Assembly: GCA_002329205.1 (NCBI GenBank)
Contig: DCTC01000001.1
Span: 18,530-82,529 of the forward strand
Reading direction: 5' to 3'
DNA: 64,000 nucleotides
DNA from: Candidatus Roizmanbacteria bacterium UBA1450
Lineage (GTDB): Bacteria; Patescibacteriota; Microgenomatia; UBA1406; GWC2-37-13
Positions 57,102-64,000 of this stretch are shown here, piece after piece; the first letter of the stretch is position 1; every line of letters starts with the position of its first letter. Made by a program: the position numbers and the translations under genes. The notes below the pieces were generated by a model that did not search any database, was not told the origin of the DNA, and was given only the letters and a program-made list of their open reading frames with translations.

Positions 57102-57587
57102 TTACATTACGGCAATGTGAACGACATGTCTTACCAAGGCTAGTATCATGCGAATAACAGGGTTGTTGGTGATTGTTGCTGTAGATGGAGTAACGCTATA
57201 TGTATTCCCCATGCTCTCTAAATTGGTTGAAAGTGTATATGTAGAACAATATGTTGTCGTATTGTTGCATGTTCCTCCGCCTGAGGCACGAGGAGCATAC
57301 GTGTATACATTCGTTGCATTGGTCTGAGGATCAGGAGGCAATGGGTATTGAGTGGGGAAGGCTCCGCTGGTAATACTGGTCGGATATACACCGGCAATCT
57401 GGCTGCTTTTAAAAAGTTCAAGATTTGATCTGATTGATTCGACATTCACAATCCTTTTTTGATCTCTCCCGTGACGCAATGAATTAGAATATGATGCCGT
57501 GGCGATACTTAATAGTAAACCAATTATCGCGATGACAACGATTATTTCAATAAGTGTAAAACCTTGATTTATGATATGTTTGCGCAT
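57102..57587 (-). CDS. Type IV pilin (GspG-like)
   Basis: QGFTLIEIIVVIAIIGLL, GRDQKR, YP, P.DP, Y.L...LE. Confidence 0.9.
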   Translation of the reverse strand: MRKHIINQGFTLIEIIVVIAIIGLLLSIATASYSNSLRHGRDQKRIVNVESIRSNLELFKSSQIAGVYPTSITSGAFPTQYPLPPDPQTNATNVYTYAPRASGGGTCNNTTTYCSTYTLSTNLESMGNTYSVTPSTATITNNPVIRMILALVRHVVHIAVM

Positions 57588-57633
57588 AGTTATAAATCAG
57601 TATAGTACATTTTTAACGAAGAACATATGCTTT

Positions 57634-58284
57634 TTATTTCCTACGGGAAGCATCCAGCAGCCATAAATCAATAGAAAGCTGTGCATTGATATTGTTACGT
57701 TCTGATAAAGACAATAATTCCAGAGCTTTCCTAAGTGATGCAGATACCCAAGGATCTCCTGTTTTCAGTTGTGCATGTAATGCGGTAATAATCAATTTCA
57801 GAAGGTTTCTGGCATCATCGAGCGAAGTAGGCTGCATCAAAGGATGGGACATCCCCGCCAAACCTTGACCTTTGCGGATGGAAGAAATTATCTCTAATAT
57901 TTGCGTATTTGCCTTTAGTTCCTCCTTGACTTCAAAGTGTGTATTAACGGTACACCTTGAACGGATAGTCGGGAGGATTGCATCAATTCTTGTTGTGAAA
58001 AGAAGAAACATATGAGTAGTACTCAGCTCTTCTAGCATTTTTAGCATTGCATTTTGAGCTTCAATCGTTGCTTTTTCGAACGAGTGAAATAGAATAGTTC
58101 TATTTGCCTTCCCGACAAGCTGCAAATCACGTCGCAATTCTCGTATTTGTTCAATCGTAATCGAACTGCCCGAAGGTTCAATAATGATCATTCCGTGTGG
58201 ATTTGAGGGTAATGTTGAAACGATCTGAGGTACTACTTCAAGTATCTCCTGCTGTTGTGATAATTGGATGATCTGCGGGTGCAT
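57634..58284 (-). CDS. holB: DNA polymerase III delta-prime-like (short form)
   Basis: SITIEQIREL, EAQNAMLKMLEE, ILPTIRSRC. Confidence 0.85.
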   Translation of the reverse strand: MHPQIIQLSQQQEILEVVPQIVSTLPSNPHGMIIIEPSGSSITIEQIRELRRDLQLVGKANRTILFHSFEKATIEAQNAMLKMLEELSTTHMFLLFTTRIDAILPTIRSRCTVNTHFEVKEELKANTQILEIISSIRKGQGLAGMSHPLMQPTSLDDARNLLKLIITALHAQLKTGDPWVSASLRKALELLSLSERNNINAQLSIDLWLLDASRRK

Positions 58285-58335
58285 AGGTATGAGTAATAGA
58301 GTTGAATTTTATGGTAAATACCTTATATTGGATAT

Positions 58336-60057
58336 ATGGGTATTTCTCCAAAAGAATTCTTAATTAAGCTTGTTCAAAAAGGTGTTGTTGATCAACAGGT
58401 TGCCTCTCAATATGAGGTAGACAGTCTGAAACGAAATCTCCCTATTGACCGTTACTTGCTACAGTATACCAATATCTCGAGCGAGGAGATTATGAAAACA
58501 AAGGCTGATCTTCTCAATGTACCTTACGTAAATATCTCAACAACAGCAGTTGATCCGCAGGCGTTGAAATTCATACCGCAGGCAATAGCTGAACGTCATA
58601 CCATTATGCCGTACATGTATGATCAACAAGCAAAAAAACTTTATGTCGCGACCTCTGATCCCTTGAATGTGAGCCTCCAGGATTTTATCGAGATGAAGAC
58701 AGGATCGAAGGCAGTACTGGCACTCGCATTGGAAGAAGATATCGCAAAATCAATAACCGTTGCATACACAAAAAATCTCTCACCTGAAGTTGAGCAGGCA
58801 TTGCAGCAGGTTGCTCCGGCAAAACCAGCACAAGAAACGCCATCCATTCAAACAAGTACTGACTTTACCAATGCTCCAATTGCAAAAATCGTCAATACCA
58901 TTTTGGAATTTGCGGTTAAAAGCCGAGCCTCTGATATCCATATCGAAGCTCAGGAACTGAAGACAAGAATCCGATACCGTATCGACGGTATCCTTCAGGA
59001 AAAACTGTCTTTACCTGCAAGTATTCATGAGTCGCTCGTCTCTCGTATCAAAATTCTGTCCGAAATGAAGATAGACGAGAAACGAATTCCTCAGGACGGA
59101 CGGTTCAATTTTAAAACCCCTGAAGAAGAAATTGATCTCCGTGTGTCTACGCTTCCCACCGTCCATGGGGAAAAAATTGTTATGCGACTTCTGCGGAAAA
59201 GCGGAGGTATGCCGACACTACAGGAACTGGGACTTGATGGCTCTCAACTACAGCGCTTTGAAGAGGGAATTTCCCGATCTTACGGAATTGTATTGGTTAC
59301 CGGGCCGACAGGTTCCGGTAAAACCACAACATTGTATTCTGTGTTGAACAAACTGAATACCAAAGCCGTAAACATTGTCACGCTCGAAGACCCGGTAGAA
59401 TATCAGATTGAAGGAATCAATCAGGTTCAAATCAATTCACAGGCCGGATTGACATTCGCAGCAGGTCTGAAGTCATTTCTCAGACAGGACCCCAATATTA
59501 TTCTCGTCGGAGAAATCCGTGATAAAGAAACGACACAGCTTGCTATCCAGGCTGCTCTCACGGGACATCTTGTTTTCTCAACACTTCATACCAATGATTC
59601 CGCCACCGCAGTTCCCCGACTTACCGATTTGGGAGGTGAACCGTTCCTTATTGCCTCCGTACTCAGTGTAATCATGGCACAGCGTATCGTACGACGAGTC
59701 TGTGATAATTGTAAAGAAACCTATGAACCACCGACAGAAGTTCAACAAAAAGTCAAAGACGTCCTCGGTCCGGTTTTGCCCAAACAGTATCAGGATGGAG
59801 CTCCTGTTTTACTGACACGAGGAAAAAAATGTGAAGAGTGCAACAACTCCGGATACAAAGGACGAATCGGGATTTATGAGATACTCAGAACATCCCCGGC
59901 AATCAATGATCTGGTTTTGAAAGGTGCTTCGTCGCATGAAATCGAACAGCAGGCACAAAAAGAAGGCATGATACTTATGAAACAGGACGGTTTTCTCAAA
60001 GCAGTCAAAGGAATTACGACAATCGAAGAAGTTATGAGAGTTACAGAGACATCTTAA
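58336..60057 (+). CDS. pilB: Type IV pilus assembly ATPase PilB/GspE
   Basis: ASDIHIE, PQDGRF, GPTGSGKTTT, LRQDPNIILVGEIRD, Cys4 Zn motif. Confidence 0.95.
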   Translation: MGISPKEFLIKLVQKGVVDQQVASQYEVDSLKRNLPIDRYLLQYTNISSEEIMKTKADLLNVPYVNISTTAVDPQALKFIPQAIAERHTIMPYMYDQQAKKLYVATSDPLNVSLQDFIEMKTGSKAVLALALEEDIAKSITVAYTKNLSPEVEQALQQVAPAKPAQETPSIQTSTDFTNAPIAKIVNTILEFAVKSRASDIHIEAQELKTRIRYRIDGILQEKLSLPASIHESLVSRIKILSEMKIDEKRIPQDGRFNFKTPEEEIDLRVSTLPTVHGEKIVMRLLRKSGGMPTLQELGLDGSQLQRFEEGISRSYGIVLVTGPTGSGKTTTLYSVLNKLNTKAVNIVTLEDPVEYQIEGINQVQINSQAGLTFAAGLKSFLRQDPNIILVGEIRDKETTQLAIQAALTGHLVFSTLHTNDSATAVPRLTDLGGEPFLIASVLSVIMAQRIVRRVCDNCKETYEPPTEVQQKVKDVLGPVLPKQYQDGAPVLLTRGKKCEECNNSGYKGRIGIYEILRTSPAINDLVLKGASSHEIEQQAQKEGMILMKQDGFLKAVKGITTIEEVMRVTETS

Positions 60058-60088
60058 ACATTAGCATTAATTATTACCCAATTTTATT

Positions 60089-61141
60089 ATGAAACTTGAA
60101 GAATTATTTCAACAAACGCTCGACAAATCAGCATCGGACCTCCACATTATTCCGGATTACCCGCCGATGCTTCGTGTGTACAGTGAGCTTGCTCCGGTAC
60201 CTGGGACAGAAGCTCTCTCCAAAGAAGATACAAAAACTCTTCTGGAAAAAATATTGAATGAAGCTCAGCTTGATGAGTTGCACACCAACAGAGAGACTGA
60301 TTTCGGTCTGGAATGGGGAGATGTACGCTTCCGTGTCAATTATTACTATGCTAAAGGTGGACTCGCAGGAGCATTCCGGCTTATCCCGAAGAAAATTAAA
60401 ACTATAGAAGAACTGGCCATCCCGACAACACTTCACAAACTTGCAAAAACAACGAATGGTTTGATTCTTCTGACGGGACCAACCGGGGAAGGAAAATCAA
60501 CCACCATCTCCGCATTGTTGAACGAGATCAACATGACAGAAAAAAAGCATATTATCACCATCGAAGACCCTATCGAATTCACGTATCCAGTCGGGAAATC
60601 GATCATCTCTCAGCGGGAACTTCATTCTGACACACATTCCTGGGTAAAAGCACTCCGGTCTGTACTGCGTGAAGATCCTGACGTAGTACTCATCGGCGAA
60701 ATGCGTGACCAGGAAACAATACAGGCTGCCCTCACTATCGCCGAAACCGGACATCTTGTCTTTTCAACACTCCACACCAATAGTACACCTGAAGCAATAA
60801 ATCGTATCATTGATGTATTCCCAGGTCATCAGCAGAATCAAATACGTAATCAGCTGGCGACGGTATTGAAAGCGGTTGTGTATCAACGGCTTGTCCCCAA
60901 AACACAGAAAAACGGCCGAGTTCCGTCGCTTGAAATATTGTTCAATGTGCCGGCAGTTTCTGCTCTTATCCGCGAAGGGAAGATTTTTATGATTGACAAT
61001 GTTCTTGAGACAGGGGAAGAGCATGAGATGATTCTTTTTGACAAGTATCTTTCGAGACTTTACAAGCAAAATCTTATTTCCCGGGAAGATGCATATTCTT
61101 ATGCCATTCGACCCAAAGAAATTGAAAAATTTATGGCTTAA
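60089..61141 (+). CDS. pilT: Type IV pilus retraction ATPase PilT
   Basis: ASDLH, GPTGEGKSTT, TIEDPIEF, LREDPDVVLIGEMRD, AETGHLV. Confidence 0.95.
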   Translation: MKLEELFQQTLDKSASDLHIIPDYPPMLRVYSELAPVPGTEALSKEDTKTLLEKILNEAQLDELHTNRETDFGLEWGDVRFRVNYYYAKGGLAGAFRLIPKKIKTIEELAIPTTLHKLAKTTNGLILLTGPTGEGKSTTISALLNEINMTEKKHIITIEDPIEFTYPVGKSIISQRELHSDTHSWVKALRSVLREDPDVVLIGEMRDQETIQAALTIAETGHLVFSTLHTNSTPEAINRIIDVFPGHQQNQIRNQLATVLKAVVYQRLVPKTQKNGRVPSLEILFNVPAVSALIREGKIFMIDNVLETGEEHEMILFDKYLSRLYKQNLISREDAYSYAIRPKEIEKFMA

Positions 61142-61143
61142 TC

Positions 61144-62349
61144 ATGCTATTTACATACAAGGCACTTCAGAAAGACTCAACGAAAATCAACGGAGAAATG
61201 GACGCGAGTTCTGAAAAAGAGATATCGGAGTATTTGAAAAAAAACGGATACTTTCCGATTGAGATCAAGGAAAAGAAACCAAGCTCACTCGACAGTTTCT
61301 CAACACTGCTTCAACAGGTGTCGTTCCAGGATGTAACATACATGACCCGTCAGTTTGCTATTATGCTTGATGCCGGTCTTACCCTCATAGACTCAATTGA
61401 GATTATCAAGAAACAAGTTCAAAAACCCGCTCTTAAAAAAATGCTTGAAGAGATTGATAAATCACTTCGTGACGGAAAAACATTCTCACAGGCACTTTCA
61501 AAATATCCGAAGCAGTTTTCTCATTTTTATGTCGCCCTTGTCAAATCGGGAGAGGCCTCAGGAAAACTGGACAGTATCCTCGAGAAACTGGCCGAACACA
61601 TGGAAAAGCAACGGGCTTTCCAGCAGAAAATCCGCAATGCTATGATCTATCCTGTAGTTGTTATAACAGCGATGTTTGCGATGATGTTTGTGATGTTTGC
61701 GTTTGTGATGCCACAGCTTCTTTCTTTGTATGAGAACTTCCAGGTTGAACTGCCCCAATCAACGAAGATTATTATGGCTATTTCGAATTTTATGAAAAAC
61801 TATTGGCCATATGTATTGGCGGCAATTATTGCAACTGTGATCGGACTTATTAAACTGAAAAATACAAAAAAGGGGAGCGAGGTATTTGATATGAATATCC
61901 TTAAAGTGCCTGTAATGGGAAATATCGTAAAAACTTCCGGCCTGGTGGATGCAACCAGAACTCTTTCAATCCTTATCTCATCCGGTGTTCCTATCCTTGA
62001 TGGTCTGGTGATCGTCATTGACGTAAACAGCAATATCGTATTTAAACAGGCTTTCCAACGAATAAAAGAGAAAGTTGAGAAAGGTATGTCCGTCGGGTCT
62101 GCCATGTCCAATGAGCCAATCTTCCCCGAATCTCTGACACAGATGGCTATCGTAGGGGAACAAACAGGTCATCTGGATGTCACACTTCTCAAACTATCCG
62201 AGTATTATCAGACCGAATCAGAGATGGCAGTCAAAGGCTTGCTGACAATGATGGAACCTATGATACTTATTGTCTTGGGTGTCTCGGTAGGGTTCCTCGT
62301 TATGGCTGTCATTACACCGATTTTTTCACTCACGAATTCGTTGCAGTAA
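61144..62349 (+). CDS. pilC: Type IV pilus platform protein PilC/GspF
   Basis: TRQFAIMLDAGL, GEASGKL, AMIYP, VGEQTG.LD, MEP. Confidence 0.95.
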   Translation: MLFTYKALQKDSTKINGEMDASSEKEISEYLKKNGYFPIEIKEKKPSSLDSFSTLLQQVSFQDVTYMTRQFAIMLDAGLTLIDSIEIIKKQVQKPALKKMLEEIDKSLRDGKTFSQALSKYPKQFSHFYVALVKSGEASGKLDSILEKLAEHMEKQRAFQQKIRNAMIYPVVVITAMFAMMFVMFAFVMPQLLSLYENFQVELPQSTKIIMAISNFMKNYWPYVLAAIIATVIGLIKLKNTKKGSEVFDMNILKVPVMGNIVKTSGLVDATRTLSILISSGVPILDGLVIVIDVNSNIVFKQAFQRIKEKVEKGMSVGSAMSNEPIFPESLTQMAIVGEQTGHLDVTLLKLSEYYQTESEMAVKGLLTMMEPMILIVLGVSVGFLVMAVITPIFSLTNSLQ

Positions 62350-62425
62350 AAACACACTTGACAAAGACTTTAAAAATACTATAAAGTAGTAATAGTCATT
62401 ACTTATTCTACATATAATTAATATT

Positions 62426-62977
62426 ATGAAAAAAATATCAGAGAAGGCGTTTACTCTTGTCGAACTGCTTATCGTAATTGGTATTATTGGTATTTTGGCT
62501 GTTACGTTGATGGTTTCGCTGAACCCGGCAGAAGCTCAGAGAAAATCAAGAGATGCAAAGCGCATCAAAGACGCAGGAGTACTTGAAAGTGTCATGATTC
62601 AGCTAATCAATGATGGAATTGATGTCGGTACAGCTAATGGTACTCTCGGTGGCCCTGCCTCTAATCCCGCTACAAGTGCAAGTGCGGGTAATGCACAGTC
62701 ACAAGCGTGTGCGAGCAGCTGGCTTGGCCTTAATGTGTGTAACTATCTAAAAAGTGTCCCTACTGATCCACAAAATAACCGAACAACGTCATCAGTCAAC
62801 TCGGCAACCACAACAACAGCTCAACTTGCTGTATATCGGGCACGCATATCAAACGGCGAGTATGAAATAAACGTACGCCAAGAATCCCTTTCAAATGCAA
62901 CAAAAGTGACCGGTGACGGAGGAAACAGTAACTCATGGTATGAAGTATTCTCAAGTGGAAATAACGTTTTGAACTGA
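62426..62977 (+). CDS. Type IV pilin, probable major pilin (own promoter and terminator)
   Basis: KAFTLVELLIVIGIIGILA, NPA...KSRDAKR, YL..VP.DP; TTGACA at 62358. Confidence 0.88.
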   Translation: MKKISEKAFTLVELLIVIGIIGILAVTLMVSLNPAEAQRKSRDAKRIKDAGVLESVMIQLINDGIDVGTANGTLGGPASNPATSASAGNAQSQACASSWLGLNVCNYLKSVPTDPQNNRTTSSVNSATTTTAQLAVYRARISNGEYEINVRQESLSNATKVTGDGGNSNSWYEVFSSGNNVLN

Positions 62978-62994
62978 TAATTTCTGAAATTTAC

Positions 62995-63023
62995 AAAGCG
63001 GGCAGAAATGCCCGCTTTTTTTT
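62995..63023 (+). terminator. Intrinsic terminator after the pilin gene
   Basis: AAAGCGGGCA-GAAA-TGCCCGCTTT with a T run. Confidence 0.9.
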
Positions 63024-63063
63024 ATGATTCTCCTTCTATGATGATATACCTAATACCTAATAC

Positions 63064-64000
63064 CTAATTACTCTTTATCTGCTGGAGAAGTTCCTGAGCT
63101 TCAATAAAGTTGGGGCGGAGTTCCAGCGCGTACTCAACGGCATCCGTTGCCTTTTCCTGATACTCGCTGCTTTCGGACTCCTGAGCCATAAGTGAATAAA
63201 AGAGTCCGAGCATATAATAGCTTTGTGCATCGGTCGGTGCAAGCACTGTTGTATATCGCATGCTGTCAAGTGCCCGTTTTAAATCATCAATATCACCGGT
63301 CATCTGATAATACACATAATTGTTTTTTGCCTTTGTCCGCCAATAGTGGATATTGTCAGGTGATTTTTTCAGGGCGTTGTTATTGGATTCCCGGGAAAGG
63401 GATATTAACTCTTCTGTGTTCTGCCCCTCACTGTTGAATGAATTGATAAAAGCCAAGTGGGCTAAAGATGTTGAGAGTTTATCCTCATATACATGCTCAT
63501 ATTTGTTACCAAGTGCCTGAATATACAGTTGTGATGCAGTAACATAATCTTCCTGTGATTCTGCTTCCTGAGCTCTTTTGTACAAACGGTCTGCCTGGTA
63601 ATAGGAAAGTACATATTCCAGCAGATAAAGACAGGCAGCAACTGTAATCACGATTTGAACTATCCGAATTGTCGAGAATTCTCGTTTCTGCATCTCTCGT
63701 TTTTCCGGCTGGAAAGTCAGATAAGCCATTCCGGGAAGAAGGTAAAAGAATAATTGAATATTTGTGGTAGAGAAGCCAAAAAAATTCGTAATAAGTATGG
63801 TGAGATATGCAAGTAAAAGTGAAAACGTAAAAAGTGATTTATCAATCTGCCTGGAATTTAAAAATGATGCAAAACTTCGCAGAGACACAGAGATTAAAAT
63901 GATATATGCTATGAAACCGATAAACCCAGTTGTCGCAAGATAGTTCAAATATTCATTATGTGCTTTGTTGTATATGAAATCCCATTCTGAAGTCAGATTA
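63064..64000 (-). CDS. O-antigen ligase/O-oligosaccharyltransferase-like membrane protein with C-terminal TPR-like repeats (5' part outside window)
   Basis: Frame open to the window edge: EWDFIYNKAHNEYLNYLATTGFIG (Wzy_C AHN motif), TM helices, TPR-like helical tail. Confidence 0.85.
   Translation of the reverse strand, partial: NLTSEWDFIYNKAHNEYLNYLATTGFIGFIAYIILISVSLRSFASFLNSRQIDKSLFTFSLLLAYLTILITNFFGFSTTNIQLFFYLLPGMAYLTFQPEKREMQKREFSTIRIVQIVITVAACLYLLEYVLSYYQADRLYKRAQEAESQEDYVTASQLYIQALGNKYEHVYEDKLSTSLAHLAFINSFNSEGQNTEELISLSRESNNNALKKSPDNIHYWRTKAKNNYVYYQMTGDIDDLKRALDSMRYTTVLAPTDAQSYYMLGLFYSLMAQESESSEYQEKATDAVEYALELRPNFIEAQELLQQIKSN

Noticed and set aside
1..64000. CRISPR array, prophage, integrase or transposase
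   Set aside because: No regularly spaced 25-45-bp repeats and no recognisable cas, phage or recombinase ORFs

Overview
A 64 kb, AT-rich, densely coding bacterial chromosome segment. It is most consistent with a Candidate Phyla Radiation (Patescibacteria, Microgenomates-like) genome. This is inferred from shortened housekeeping proteins, a full type IV pilus locus, many apparently leaderless genes and CPR-style hypothetical proteins. Housekeeping genes: holA, phosphomannomutase, dus, obg, tig, an mtaB/miaB-like gene, trpS, thrS, thrC, infC-rpmI-rplT-pheS-pheT, a class A PBP, recG, rpmF, nusB, rnc, rpsP and holB. There are four tRNAs (Lys-CTT, Arg-TCG, Asp-GTC, Val-GAC) and a pilM/N/O + pilins + pilB/T/C cluster ending at an O-antigen-ligase-like gene. 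The most interesting parts are two. (1) A ~19 kb accessory block between tRNA-Asp and tRNA-Val. It combines three secreted proteins built from an uncharacterised ~90-aa Asn/Thr/Gly repeat (one LPTTG-anchored) with an ADP-heptose pathway (GT4-GmhA fusion, GmhB, HldE, HldC), two GT9 heptosyltransferase-like genes and 11-bp-periodic operator-like boxes. (2) A thrS - P-loop kinase - thrC operon preceded by an unannotated Thr/Ile leader peptide with a classic 1:2/2:3/3:4 attenuator, which points to a candidate non-orthologous homoserine kinase. No CRISPR array, rRNA, integrase or transposase was seen. All calls come from reading motifs by eye; no database searches were run.
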